A stretch of DNA of 64,000 nucleotides from contig JBKHFJ010000010.1 of NCBI GenBank assembly GCA_046540255.1, positions 2,928-66,927 of the forward strand. Reading direction: 5' to 3'. Positions 37,765 to 47,867 of this stretch are shown here, piece by piece (the first letter of the stretch is position 1; each line of letters begins with the position of its first letter). The stretch comes from Methanomassiliicoccales archaeon (GTDB lineage: Archaea; Thermoplasmatota; Thermoplasmata; Methanomassiliicoccales; JAAEEP01). Made by a program: the position numbers and the translations under genes. The notes under the pieces are model-generated. The model was given only the letters and a program-made list of their open reading frames with translations, was not told the DNA's origin and made no database searches.

Positions 37765-38829
37765 TCACCTTAGATGCCCCTTGGAGACGGCGAGCTCCGC
37801 GTTCAGGACGGAGCCCCCGGCGCCCCCTCGCAGGGTGTTGTGTGAGAGAGCGAAGAGTTTGTAGTATGTATCTTTTTTCCGCAGGCGGCCGACGCAGACG
37901 GCCATGCCCTTGGCCCTCGCCGGCTCCCCCGCATACGAGTCCAGCAGGGGCTGGGGCCTGTCCTCCTCGTCCATCACCATGATCGGCTCCCTCGGGGCGG
38001 TGGGCAGCTCCAGCTCCTGGGGGTCCGCCCTGAACCCGGAGAGGGCGGAGCGGATGCCATCCAGGTCCGGCTCCCCCTCCAGGGTCAGGGTCATCGACTC
38101 CAGGTGGCCGTCGTGCACCGGTACCCGGGCGCAGTTGGCCAGGAAATCGAATCCCGCGGGGCGGACGCGCCCATCCTCCAGGGTACCCAGCATCTTCAGG
38201 ATCTCCTCTTCCATCTTCTCCTCCTCCCCCCTGATGTGGGGGAGGATGTTCCCCAGGATGTCCAGGGATGACACCCCGGGATAGCCGGCCCCCGAGACGG
38301 CCTGGTAGGTGGACACGCTGACCATGCCCAGCCCGAAGGCCCGGTGGAGGGCGGCCAGGGGGAGGGCGATCCCGGTGGTGGAGCAGTTGGCGTTGGTGAC
38401 GATGAACCCTCCCCCCTCCCAGGTCTCCTGGGTCTCTATCATATCCAGGTGGTCGGGGTTCACCTCGGGTATGAGCAGGGGGACGTCCTCCCGCATTCGG
38501 TGGGAGGAGGCGTTGGAGAAGACCGCCACCCCCCTCTCGGCCAGCTCGGTCTCCACTCCCCTGGCGATGTCCGAGGGCAGTCCGCTGAACGCGATCCTGC
38601 ACTCTCGGGCGATGCGGTCCACGTCGATCTGCTGGATCACGCCCTCCAGGGTCTCCTCCTTGAAATCGTGGTCCTTGACCTTGAGCACCTCTTTTATGGT
38701 CTTCCCCTCGGACCTCTCCGAGGCGTTCAGGGAGGATATGTCGAAGTAGGGGTGATCCTCCAGCAGCTGAACGAATCTCTGGCCGATCATCCCGGTGGCT
38801 CCCAGCACTGCCGCGTCCATCCGTTTCAT
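37765..38829 (-). CDS. asd: aspartate-semialdehyde dehydrogenase
   Basis: LGATGMIGQ, PEVN, NANCST, QAVSGAG, RVPV.DGH, HNTLRGGAG. Confidence 0.96.
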   Translation of the reverse strand: MKRMDAAVLGATGMIGQRFVQLLEDHPYFDISSLNASERSEGKTIKEVLKVKDHDFKEETLEGVIQQIDVDRIARECRIAFSGLPSDIARGVETELAERGVAVFSNASSHRMREDVPLLIPEVNPDHLDMIETQETWEGGGFIVTNANCSTTGIALPLAALHRAFGLGMVSVSTYQAVSGAGYPGVSSLDILGNILPHIRGEEEKMEEEILKMLGTLEDGRVRPAGFDFLANCARVPVHDGHLESMTLTLEGEPDLDGIRSALSGFRADPQELELPTAPREPIMVMDEEDRPQPLLDSYAGEPARAKGMAVCVGRLRKKDTYYKLFALSHNTLRGGAGGSVLNAELAVSKGHLR

Positions 38830-39896
38830 TCAGATCCTCCGAAGTATTCCTTTCCTCTCCGCATGATATCTAGGAAGGTGTCCTTATCTCCTTTCACCGC
38901 CGACCTGCGGATCTCCTCGAGGGAGTGCGAGAGCAGGGAGAGGGCCCCCTCGGCGAAGGGGTTCTTGCTCTGGATGTCGAAGTACATCTCCGGGTTCTCG
39001 AAGGCCACGTCCCTGGAGGCGTCCATCTGCTTCCGGAAGGTGGTGGAGGCGGCGCCCGCCAGGTCCCGGTAGCTGAAGTCGGAGCGGGCCAGGGCGGAAA
39101 AGAACCCCAGGGAGACGGCGTGGGAGAGGCCCAGGACCAGGGACATGAGGCGGTCGTGCTCCTCCAGGCCGATGACGCGGAGGTGTCCGCCGGCCCCCTC
39201 GAAGAGCTCCATGGCCTCCTCCACCGCCCTCCGGGAGCCACAGTCGCAGATCAGCACGTTGCGGTCGAAGAGCGAGGGGGCGTCCGGGCCGAACATGGGG
39301 TGCACGCTGCACACCTTCCGCCCCTCCTGGACCATGCGCCTCAGCGTGAAGGCCAGGGGATTCTTGATGGAGGCGATGTCGAAGACCAGCGCCTCCTTGG
39401 ACAGGGTCCCGAGTTCCTCCAGGGTCTCGCTGACGGTCCCTATGGGGGTGGCGACGACCACCACCTCCGCCCCCGACTCCCCGGGCGTCGCCCGGGGAAA
39501 TCCGGTCCGGCCCCCCGGGTCGTGAACCATGACCTCATGCCCCCTCCTGTGGAAGTACTGGGAGAGCCAGGATCCCATCTTCCCGGCGCCACCCACCACC
39601 AGGATGCGCCTGCTCTCCGAGGGGAGGTACAGCCGGCTCTGCACCTCCACCGCCTCCCCGATGGCGATCCTGGCCATCTCGGAGGAGGTGGTCTCGCCGA
39701 TCCCGTTCTCCTCCCCCAGCTCCCGGAAGCGACGGTAGACACCCTCCTCCACCTCCAGGTCCCTGATGGGTCGGCCGAGGGAGAGCTTCCTCTCCCCCAC
39801 TTCCCCGGCCAGGCGGTTCCTCTCCGCCAGCAGCTCCACCATCTCCCGGTCCTTTTCCGCTATCCTCTCCCTCAGGCTCTCCAGGGGCTCATCCAA
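38826..39896 (-). CDS. tyrA: chorismate mutase / prephenate dehydrogenase fusion
   Basis: N-terminal AroQ-like LRERI..D..L..R; GGAGKMG, DIASIK, HPMFGP, HD..M. Confidence 0.9.
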   Translation of the reverse strand: MDEPLESLRERIAEKDREMVELLAERNRLAGEVGERKLSLGRPIRDLEVEEGVYRRFRELGEENGIGETTSSEMARIAIGEAVEVQSRLYLPSESRRILVVGGAGKMGSWLSQYFHRRGHEVMVHDPGGRTGFPRATPGESGAEVVVVATPIGTVSETLEELGTLSKEALVFDIASIKNPLAFTLRRMVQEGRKVCSVHPMFGPDAPSLFDRNVLICDCGSRRAVEEAMELFEGAGGHLRVIGLEEHDRLMSLVLGLSHAVSLGFFSALARSDFSYRDLAGAASTTFRKQMDASRDVAFENPEMYFDIQSKNPFAEGALSLLSHSLEEIRRSAVKGDKDTFLDIMRRGKEYFGGSE

Positions 39897-40959
39897 TCAG
39901 ACCACCACGCACGCACAGGTCGGCCACCACCAGGGCGGCGGCCGCCTCCACCACCGCCACCGCCCGGGGGACTATGCAGGGGTCGTGCCTCCCCTCGATC
40001 CTGAGCGGGACCCCTCTCATGGTGGTCAGGTCCACGCTGGCCTGCTCCCGGGCGATGGATGCGGTGGGCTTGAAGGCCACCCTGAAGTCCAGGGGCATGC
40101 CGCTGCTCAGGCCTCCCAGCACCCCCCCGGCATGGTTGGAGGTGGTTATGACGGTTCCGTCCCTCACCGCGTAGGGGTCATTGTGCTCCGATCCCCTCAT
40201 GGAGGCGGCCCGGAACCCGGACCCGAACTCCACCCCCTTCACCCCTGGGAGGGAGAGCATCATCTTTCCCATCTCCCCGTCAAGGGTGTCGAAGAAGGGC
40301 TCCCCGATGCCCGGTGGGAGACCCTCCACGAGGCAGCGGACCACGCCCCCCACTGAGTCACCCTCCTCCCTGGCCCGGAGGATCTCCTCCCTCATCCCCT
40401 CGGCCACCTCCGGGGCGGCCCTCAGGGGATCCCCCCTGGCCCGCCGGGCGTCGGCCATGTCCCTCTCCTCCCGATCCTGGACCTTGCCGATCGCCACGGT
40501 GTAGGCGCCGATCTCCACCTCGATCTCCTCCAGCAGGTCCCTGGTGAGTGCGCCGGCCGCCACCAGGGCGGCTGTCATCCTGCCGGAGAACTGCCCCCCG
40601 CCCCGGATGTCATGGGCCCGACCGTACCTCATCAGGGCGGGGTAGTCGGCGTGCCCCGGGCGTGGCACCCGGGAGAACAGCTCGTACTTGCTGCTGTCCA
40701 CGTCCCTGTTGGGGATGGTCATCACCACCGGCGTGCCGGTGGTCACCCCGTCCTTCACGCCGGCGATGACCTCCACCCGGTCCTCCTCCCTCCTGGGGGT
40801 ACCGATGAGGTCCTTCGGCCTCCTCAGTGCCATCTCCTCCTCGATCCTGGACATGTCCATTCGCAGGTTGGGCGGGCATCCGTCGATCAGGCAGCCGACG
40901 CATGGTCCGTGGCTGGCCCCGAAGATGGTGGTCCTGTACTCCCTTCCGATGGTGTTCAT
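39889..40959 (-). CDS. aroC: chorismate synthase
   Basis: FGASHG, RPGHAD, GG.FSGRMTA, N.AGG.LGG.S.G, KPTASI, GRHDPCI; start adjusted to 40959. Confidence 0.96.
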   Translation of the reverse strand: MNTIGREYRTTIFGASHGPCVGCLIDGCPPNLRMDMSRIEEEMALRRPKDLIGTPRREEDRVEVIAGVKDGVTTGTPVVMTIPNRDVDSSKYELFSRVPRPGHADYPALMRYGRAHDIRGGGQFSGRMTAALVAAGALTRDLLEEIEVEIGAYTVAIGKVQDREERDMADARRARGDPLRAAPEVAEGMREEILRAREEGDSVGGVVRCLVEGLPPGIGEPFFDTLDGEMGKMMLSLPGVKGVEFGSGFRAASMRGSEHNDPYAVRDGTVITTSNHAGGVLGGLSSGMPLDFRVAFKPTASIAREQASVDLTTMRGVPLRIEGRHDPCIVPRAVAVVEAAAALVVADLCVRGGLIG

Positions 40960-42224
40960 CCTATCAGCTCCATTTCCGCCCCCAGGCTCCTGAGGTCCTG
41001 GAGGAAGGTGGGGTAGGATACCGAGTAGCACTTACCCTCGTCGATGATGGTGTCCCCCTGGGCCACCATGCCGGCCACGGCGGCGGCCATCAGGATCCGG
41101 TGGTCCCCGTGGGAGACGACCTCCGCCCCCCTCAGCCCGCACGGCCCGGAGACCACGCATCCGTCCCGGGTCTCCCTCACCAGGGCGCCCATCTCCCGAA
41201 GGAAGGAGACGGTGGCGGCTATGCGGTCGCTCTCCTTGTGGCGCAGGTGGGCGGCGTTGAACAGCCTGGACTCCCCTCGGGCCTGGGTGGCCAGGACGGC
41301 CACTATGGGGAACAGGTCCGGGGAGTTCCCCAGGTCCACCTCGCCCCCCCTCAGCTCCCCTCCCTCCACCTCCACCGAGTCCCCTTGGACCATCACCCGG
41401 GCCTGGAACTGCCTCAGGATGTCCAGGATGACCCGGTCCGCCTGGCAGGTGTCCTCGGTGAGCCCGGTGACCCTCACCCGGCCGGTCAGGGCCCCGGCCA
41501 CCAGGGGGAAGGCGGCGGAGGAGAAGTCCCCCGGGACGCGATAATCGACGGGGACGTACCGCTGGCATCCCGGGACGTGGTATCCGGATCCCCTGGGCTC
41601 GCACACCGCCCCGAAGCTCTCCATCATCTCCAGGGTGATGTCCACGTACGGCCTGGACTTCAGGGGGGTGGTGAGGATCAGGTCGGTGTCCACGTTCTTG
41701 GGTGGGGAGGAGAGGAGGAGGGAGGAGATGAACTGGGAGCTGACGTCCCCCCGGATGTGTGCCTTCCTCCCCCGGTTCGGTCCCCTGATCATCAGGGGGG
41801 CACGGTCCTTGGCCTGGGTGGCCATGCACTTCACCTCCAGCTCGTTCAGGGCGTGGACGAGCGGCCCCATGGGCCTCCGCCTGAGGGAGCTGTCCCCGGT
41901 GAGCACGGTGGTGCAGGGCAGGAGGGAGGCCGCGCCCGCCAGCAGGCGGATGGTGGTACCGGAGTTCCCGGCGTCCACCGTCTCCTCCGGGCAGTCCAGC
42001 TCGCCCCCTTCAACCGAGCAGGTGTCCCCCTCCACCGAGACCCCCGCCCCGAACTGGCGGATCGCGTTGAGGGTGGACAGGGTGTCATCGCTGAACAGCA
42101 CCCTGGTCAGCCTGGACAGGCCGGGGCTTAGCATGGCCAGCACCATGGCCCGGTGGGTGTAGCTCTTGGAGGGGGAGGCGGGGATCTGCCCCGATATGGT
42201 GGACTTCGACACCCTCAGCCTCAT
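40956..42224 (-). CDS. aroA: 3-phosphoshikimate 1-carboxyvinyltransferase
   Basis: SKSYTHRA, GNSGTT.R, SSQFIS, GDFSSA, KESDRI, DHRILM. Confidence 0.96.
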   Translation of the reverse strand: MRLRVSKSTISGQIPASPSKSYTHRAMVLAMLSPGLSRLTRVLFSDDTLSTLNAIRQFGAGVSVEGDTCSVEGGELDCPEETVDAGNSGTTIRLLAGAASLLPCTTVLTGDSSLRRRPMGPLVHALNELEVKCMATQAKDRAPLMIRGPNRGRKAHIRGDVSSQFISSLLLSSPPKNVDTDLILTTPLKSRPYVDITLEMMESFGAVCEPRGSGYHVPGCQRYVPVDYRVPGDFSSAAFPLVAGALTGRVRVTGLTEDTCQADRVILDILRQFQARVMVQGDSVEVEGGELRGGEVDLGNSPDLFPIVAVLATQARGESRLFNAAHLRHKESDRIAATVSFLREMGALVRETRDGCVVSGPCGLRGAEVVSHGDHRILMAAAVAGMVAQGDTIIDEGKCYSVSYPTFLQDLRSLGAEMELIG

Positions 42225-43057
42225 GTTCCCTCCCCCCGGTACAGGTCCACCCGGGTGAGCGGATACCTTTCCAGCTCATTCATGATGATCCCGGCCCGCT
42301 CGTTGGGGACCAGTATGGCCGTGGCCGGTCCGGTGCCGGAGAGGCCGGCGGCCAGCGCCCCGCACTTCAGGGCGTCCATGACCAGGTCCATGTTCAGTCC
42401 CTGGGCGACGGAGTAGCACAGCCCGTTCAGGGTCATGGCACGGAGGTAGTCCCCCTGCAGGCACATGCCGAAGGCGGCCTCCACCAGACTGGAGAGGGAA
42501 CGGATCCTGTCCAGGGGCAGGCCCCCCTTCCGGATGCGGAACTCCGGGACGTGCAGCAAAACCTCCACCCCCTCCGGCAGCTGATCGCGCTTGATGATCC
42601 TCTCCTCCCGGTTGTCGGTGACCACCACGCCGCCGAGCATGGAGGCGGCGGCGTCGTCGAAGGCCCCGGTGACCGAGACGCCGGCCTCCACCGCCTTCCT
42701 GGTGCCCATGCGGACCGCCTCCACCGGGTCCATCTCCACCGAAAGGGCGTCAAGGGAGGCCATTATGGCGGCGTTGGCCGCCGCGCTGCTGCTCTTCAGG
42801 CCCCTGGAGACCGGTATGTTCGACTCGGTGGACACCCTGGCCCCGCGGCCGGGGGCGAAGCGCTCGATCACCCCCTCCACGCAGGAGCACACCATGGAGG
42901 GGTCCTCCCCCTGGGCGTCGCAACTCACCCCCGGCTCATCGGTGATCTCCACCACGGCCCGAGTGAACAGGTCCAGGCCGAAGGCCGCCCCCCTGCCCGT
43001 GGCTATGGCGTTGACTATGGTGGCGGCACCGTGACAGGTCGCCTCTCCCCTCATCAC
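42221..43057 (-). CDS. aroK: archaeal (GHMP) shikimate kinase
   Basis: VNAIATG.G, GLKSSSA, TGAFDD, SGTGP. Confidence 0.94.
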   Translation of the reverse strand: MMRGEATCHGAATIVNAIATGRGAAFGLDLFTRAVVEITDEPGVSCDAQGEDPSMVCSCVEGVIERFAPGRGARVSTESNIPVSRGLKSSSAAANAAIMASLDALSVEMDPVEAVRMGTRKAVEAGVSVTGAFDDAAASMLGGVVVTDNREERIIKRDQLPEGVEVLLHVPEFRIRKGGLPLDRIRSLSSLVEAAFGMCLQGDYLRAMTLNGLCYSVAQGLNMDLVMDALKCGALAAGLSGTGPATAILVPNERAGIIMNELERYPLTRVDLYRGEGT

Positions 43058-44481
43058 AACCCTTCCCGGATGGGCCCGGACATGGCCTCGTAGGGCGGGC
43101 TCAGGCCAGTCCAGACCTCAAAGGCAGCGATGGCCTGGTAGATTAACATTTCGATGCCAGAGCAGGTGTTCGCCCCCCTCTCCTCGGCCTCCCTCAGGAA
43201 CCTGGTCATCGGGGGGTTGTAGATGGTGTCCATGACCATCTGGCCGGGGTGGAACATCTCCGGGGAGAGGGGGCTCCGGTCGGGGAATCCCTCCATGCCC
43301 AGCGGGGTGCAGTTGATGATTATATCGTAGTCCCCCGACTCCCGGTCGAGCACCCTCACCCCAGGGAAGTCCTCCGCTACCCTCTCCGCCCGCTCCCTGG
43401 TGCGGTTGAGCAGGTGGATCCTCGCCCCCTCCTGGGAGAGGTAGTAGCAGCAGGCCCTGGCCGCCCCCCCGGCCCCCAGGACCAGGACCTCCCTGTCGGC
43501 GGGGTCCACCCCCATGGTCTGGAAGGTCTTCTCCACCCCGTCCACGTCGGTGTTAGTGCCTGTGAGGTAACCGTAGCGGTTGACCACCGTGTTGACCGCG
43601 CCCACCAGCCTGGCCTTCTCGTCCACCTCGTCCAGGTGGTCCATGACGGACCTCTTGTGGGGGATGGTGACGTTCACCCCCCGGATGTCCAGCTCCCTGA
43701 GCAGACCCGCCAGGTCCCCCAGCGAGCCCTCCGGGGTGGGCAGGGGCAGGTAGATGCCCGGTATGTCCATGTAGTCGAAGGCGGAGTTGTGGATCAGGGG
43801 GGAGGCCGAGTGGGCCACCGGGTAGCCCACTATCCCGGTGACGGTGGCCCCGGAGAGGCGGTGAAGGGTGGCAACGTCCAGCTGACCCTCCGCGGTCTCC
43901 TTTCCCCGGGAGGGGGAGGCGTAGGCGAAGGCGGACCCGATCTCCTCCGATCGGACCCTGGTGAGCTTTCCCAGCTCCCCCATGCCCATCAGGAGGAACT
44001 CCCCCTGGGAAGAGAACTCCCTGCCAGCGGAGAGCAGCGCCCTCAGGTCCCTCACATCGTTCAGGAGAAAGGCGGCCTTGGGCATGCCCCTGGTCGAGCA
44101 CTCCTCCAGGAGGCGGACGATCCCCTCCTTGGACGGGGTGCCCTCCAGGTCGTGGTGGGAGCATATCAGCCCTTCCATCCCCTGGAAGTCGTCCCAGAGC
44201 ACCGAGTCGTCCTCCAGGTCCAGATGATCGAACACCCTGGCCGCCTTCTGGAAGAATTCCTTCCTGTCCCGGTCACCCTGGAAGGACCCTCCCTGGGCCG
44301 CCGTGCGGAGGGTGGCGATGATGGGGACCTCCAGCCCCTGAAAGGGGCTCAGGTCCTCCGGCAGGTGGGCCATCCGGTCGAACCGGATCTCCACCAGCTC
44401 GGCCTCCTCCTGGGCGGCCAGTGCGGAGGAGATCGCCTCTTCCACGGAGTCCTCCATCACCGAGACGCAGACCCTCATCAT
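43054..44481 (-). CDS. aroE: 3-dehydroquinate dehydratase / shikimate dehydrogenase fusion (AroD-AroE)
   Basis: EIRFD, TLR..QGG (type I DHQase); HSASP..HN, NVTIPHK, GAVNT, NTD, GAGGAA, NCTP.GM. Confidence 0.93.
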   Translation of the reverse strand: MMRVCVSVMEDSVEEAISSALAAQEEAELVEIRFDRMAHLPEDLSPFQGLEVPIIATLRTAAQGGSFQGDRDRKEFFQKAARVFDHLDLEDDSVLWDDFQGMEGLICSHHDLEGTPSKEGIVRLLEECSTRGMPKAAFLLNDVRDLRALLSAGREFSSQGEFLLMGMGELGKLTRVRSEEIGSAFAYASPSRGKETAEGQLDVATLHRLSGATVTGIVGYPVAHSASPLIHNSAFDYMDIPGIYLPLPTPEGSLGDLAGLLRELDIRGVNVTIPHKRSVMDHLDEVDEKARLVGAVNTVVNRYGYLTGTNTDVDGVEKTFQTMGVDPADREVLVLGAGGAARACCYYLSQEGARIHLLNRTRERAERVAEDFPGVRVLDRESGDYDIIINCTPLGMEGFPDRSPLSPEMFHPGQMVMDTIYNPPMTRFLREAEERGANTCSGIEMLIYQAIAAFEVWTGLSPPYEAMSGPIREGL

Positions 44482-45503
44482 ATCTCCTTGATGCTCTCCT
44501 TGATGGCGGTCCCGAAGTGCCTCCCGCCCTCCTCCAGGCGGACCAGCACCTCGTCACCCTCCTTCAGGTCGGAGACCGAGACGGGCCCGTCGGGGGTGCC
44601 CATCCGGATGGTCTCGGCGTTCTGCACGATGGTGGCGAAGCTGTCCTCCCCCACCTGCGCCTCGATCATCAGCAGGGGCCGCCTCTCCACCTTGGCCCTG
44701 CCCACCACCACGCTCCTGGAGTTACCCTCCGGGTCCACCGCCAGCAGCTGGTCCCCTCCCCTGATCTCGGAGAGGTACCTGGTCTTCCCCTGATGGTTCA
44801 GCACGTAGGCGTGCACCGCCCCGGCGTTCACCCGGAAGGGGCGGGAGGCCACGTACTCGCTCTCCTGGCTCTCCGAGGCCACCAGGAACAGGCAGGAGGA
44901 CTGGGAGCCCACCAACATCCCCTCGCCCACGCGCATCAGGGAACAGGTGTCCACGCAGACCCGGTCCCCGGAGGGCAGAGGGGTGATCCCGGATACCCGG
45001 GCGGGGGAGAGCTGGATGTCGGGCAGGGCGGCGGCGGCCAGCGAGGAGAACTCCCTCACCTCTGCCGGAGAGGACTCGACCGCCAGACCATCGACACCGA
45101 CCTCCAGGGTCTCCAGGAACAGCTCGGCCTCCTCCATGGAGGAGGCGGAGGCCAGCAGTTTGGTGCTGGAACCCTGGAAGTCGGCTATCAGGTTCTCCAG
45201 GGGGATGACCTTCCAGTCCCCGGAACGGATGATCAGGTGGTCCACCTTCCCTTTCCTCTCGGCGGCCCTGTCCACGTCCTCCGAGGACTGGATCTCCACG
45301 ATCTCCCCGATCCTCTCCCCCTCACGGTACACCCCCCCCTCCTTGACCACCAGGGGATCGAAGCGGCCCAACCGGCGGAGGTCCTGGTCCTCCTCCCGGA
45401 TCATGATGTTCACCAGCCCGGACTCCAGGGCGGAGGACACCATCCTCTTCCTCTCCCCGTACTCGCTGGGAAGGTCGGCTCGGACCCACACTGTGATGGA
45501 CAT
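44478..45503 (-). CDS. aroB': 3-dehydroquinate synthase II (archaeal AroB')
   Basis: WKVIPLENLIA, GDRVCVDTCS, RPFRVNAGAVH, QNAETI, RHFG. Confidence 0.95.
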   Translation of the reverse strand: MSITVWVRADLPSEYGERKRMVSSALESGLVNIMIREEDQDLRRLGRFDPLVVKEGGVYREGERIGEIVEIQSSEDVDRAAERKGKVDHLIIRSGDWKVIPLENLIADFQGSSTKLLASASSMEEAELFLETLEVGVDGLAVESSPAEVREFSSLAAAALPDIQLSPARVSGITPLPSGDRVCVDTCSLMRVGEGMLVGSQSSCLFLVASESQESEYVASRPFRVNAGAVHAYVLNHQGKTRYLSEIRGGDQLLAVDPEGNSRSVVVGRAKVERRPLLMIEAQVGEDSFATIVQNAETIRMGTPDGPVSVSDLKEGDEVLVRLEEGGRHFGTAIKESIKEI

Positions 45504-45507
45504 GGGA

Positions 45508-46299
45508 TCACTTGATCAGCTTGAGGGCCTCGTCCACCTCCATGTCGTGCAGCAGCACGCCGGAGACGGCCTTGGTCATGCCCATGATATCGTCGTGCTG
45601 GAATATGTTCCTGCCGATGGAGGCCCCCCTGCCACCGACGGACTTGGCGTCCTTCACCATCTGCAGCAGGTCCCTGGTGGAGTCTATCTTGGGACCGCCG
45701 GCGATCACCACCGGCGCCAGTGCCCCCTGCACCACCTCCTTGAACGAGTCCGGGTCCCCGGTGTAGTTGGTCTTGACGATGTCGGCACCCAGCTCCGCGC
45801 CCACCCGGGCGCAGTGCTTCACGTGGTCCACGTCGAACGGGTCCTTGATGTTCTTGCCCCGGGGGTAGATCATGACCAGGAGGGGCATGCCCCACTCGGT
45901 GCATGTCCTGGAGACGGCGCCGAAGTCCTTGATCATCTCCGAGTCGGTCTCCGATCCGATGTTCACGTGTATGGAGACGGCGTCGGCCCCCATCTTGATG
46001 GCCTCCTCCACCGTTGTCACCAGCACCTTGGCGTTGGGATCGTGACCAAGGGAGGTGCTCGCGGACAGATGGATGATCAGGCCGATGTCCTTCCCGAACG
46101 AGCGGTGGCCGTAGGGGACGATGCCCTTGTGTTCCACCACGGCCGTCGCGCCCCCTTCGGAGATGGCGTCGACCGTGCCCTTCATGTCTATCAGTCCCTT
46201 TACTGGGCCAAGTGAGATCCCGTGGTCCATGGGGACGATCACTGCCTGACCGGTGTTCCGGTCCGTTATCCGTTCCATGCGCACCTTCTTTCCGAGCAC
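45508..46299 (-). CDS. aroA': 2-amino-3,7-dideoxy-D-threo-hept-6-ulosonate synthase (DhnA aldolase family, AroA')
   Basis: [44 protein letters not shown]; next to aroB'; GTG start at 46299 with AGGTGG SD. Confidence 0.92.
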   Translation of the reverse strand: MLGKKVRMERITDRNTGQAVIVPMDHGISLGPVKGLIDMKGTVDAISEGGATAVVEHKGIVPYGHRSFGKDIGLIIHLSASTSLGHDPNAKVLVTTVEEAIKMGADAVSIHVNIGSETDSEMIKDFGAVSRTCTEWGMPLLVMIYPRGKNIKDPFDVDHVKHCARVGAELGADIVKTNYTGDPDSFKEVVQGALAPVVIAGGPKIDSTRDLLQMVKDAKSVGGRGASIGRNIFQHDDIMGMTKAVSGVLLHDMEVDEALKLIK

Positions 46300-46460
46300 A
46301 TTACCACCTTCGGCGTGCGAGCTAATATCTAGCACGGTTATAAGTCTTTTCATCCCCACTTCGCCCCTTTACTCCCGATTTCGTAGTTCAACCATGGTCT
46401 TTAACGTTCGCCAATGCCCCTTTGAGGATAACACTTAAAGCACTTCCCCGATTAAGGGGC

Positions 46461-46961
46461 ATGAACTACCCCATCTCCGATTACTTCGACAGGTTCCCCT
46501 CCCAGGAGAAGGTGGCCCGCCTGCTCCTCCGCTACGGTCTCCGGGTGCATGACGGCCGGGCCTGGTGCGGCGACATAGAGATGGGGGACACCGCTCTGGG
46601 CAGGGCGGCCGGGGTGGACCGGAGGGTGGTGAAGGCCGCCATTCAGACCATCGAGGCGGAGGAACCCCTGAGGTCGCTGTTCTCCAGGCTGCATCCCACC
46701 CCCCTGTTCTCCACCGCCGCGCCGGTGATGGGGTGGAGCTCGATCGAGATCATCCCCGAGGACGCCCATTCCCCCGGTATACTGGCCGAGGTGGCAGGCG
46801 TGATCTCCAGGGCTGGGATAAGCATCCGTCAGGCCCTGGTGGAGGACCCCGAGATGGCCGAGGAGCCCTCCCTGTACGTGATCACGGAGAGCCCGGTCCC
46901 CTCCGAGCTCATCCCCAGGATCAAGGAGTGCAAGGGAGTGAAGAGCATACTGATACACTGA
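46461..46961 (+). CDS. COG2150-type regulator of amino acid metabolism (HTH-like plus ACT domain)
   Basis: FPSQEKVA.LLLRYGL, A.GVDRRVV, PGILAEV...I...GISIRQ. Confidence 0.82.
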   Translation: MNYPISDYFDRFPSQEKVARLLLRYGLRVHDGRAWCGDIEMGDTALGRAAGVDRRVVKAAIQTIEAEEPLRSLFSRLHPTPLFSTAAPVMGWSSIEIIPEDAHSPGILAEVAGVISRAGISIRQALVEDPEMAEEPSLYVITESPVPSELIPRIKECKGVKSILIH

Positions 46962-46970
46962 GGGTTCCCC

Positions 46971-47867
46971 TTGTCCGAGGAGACGGAGTCGATGGCCCCC
47001 TACATCGGCGTAGGGGTGGCCATACTGGGCGTGTCGTTCGCCGCCATACTGGTAAGATGGAGCGATTCCCCTCCTCTGACCATCGCGGTCTACAGGTTCG
47101 TTTTCTTCTCCCTCATCCTGCTGCCCCTGGTCATGGCCACCTCCCGGGAGGAGATCCGCCGGCTGGACAGGAGGGACATGGGGATCATGGCACTCATCGG
47201 GCTGATGCTGGCCATGCACTTCTTCCTGTTCATCTCCTCCATAAAGATGACCTCGGTGTCCAACGCCGTGCTGCTGGCCACCTCCCACCCGGTCATCGTG
47301 GGCGTACTGGCCTTCCTCCTCCTGCGGGAGAGCAACCGGGCCGTCGCCCTGGGCATAGTCGCCGGCATGCTGGGCATGGTGATCATCGCCTTCGGGGACA
47401 TGGGCGGGGGCAACTTCCCGGGGGACATGGTGGCCCTGGCCAGTTCGATCCCCTTTGCCGGCTACATCCTGCTGGGGAAGGTGTCCAGGCGGAAGATCTC
47501 CCTGCTACCCTACGTGTTCCTGATCTTCACCACCTGCGCCCTCTTCCTGCTGGCGGGCGCCCTGGTGTTCCAGCAGCCCCTGCTCCCCGTTCCGATGGAG
47601 GAGGTGCTGATCTTCCTGGGCCTGGCGGTCATCTCCACCATGTTCGGGCACACCCTTTTCTCCTGGTCCCTGCGCTACTTCACCGCCTCCTTCGTCTCCC
47701 TGGCCTACCTGGGGGAACCCATCGGGGCCGCCATACTGGCCGCTCTCCTTCTGGCCGAGCCCCCCACGGTGAACTGGATGATAGGGGGCGTCCTGGTCCT
47801 CGTCGGCATAGTCCTCACCGCCCGGACCGAGATCGCGGCTCGCAGTGAAAGGAGGCAAGGTCGCTGA
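46971..47867 (+). CDS. DMT/EamA family transporter
   Basis: About 10 TM helices, duplicated EamA pattern, GHTL, GEP. Confidence 0.88.
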   Translation: MSEETESMAPYIGVGVAILGVSFAAILVRWSDSPPLTIAVYRFVFFSLILLPLVMATSREEIRRLDRRDMGIMALIGLMLAMHFFLFISSIKMTSVSNAVLLATSHPVIVGVLAFLLLRESNRAVALGIVAGMLGMVIIAFGDMGGGNFPGDMVALASSIPFAGYILLGKVSRRKISLLPYVFLIFTTCALFLLAGALVFQQPLLPVPMEEVLIFLGLAVISTMFGHTLFSWSLRYFTASFVSLAYLGEPIGAAILAALLLAEPPTVNWMIGGVLVLVGIVLTARTEIAARSERRQGR

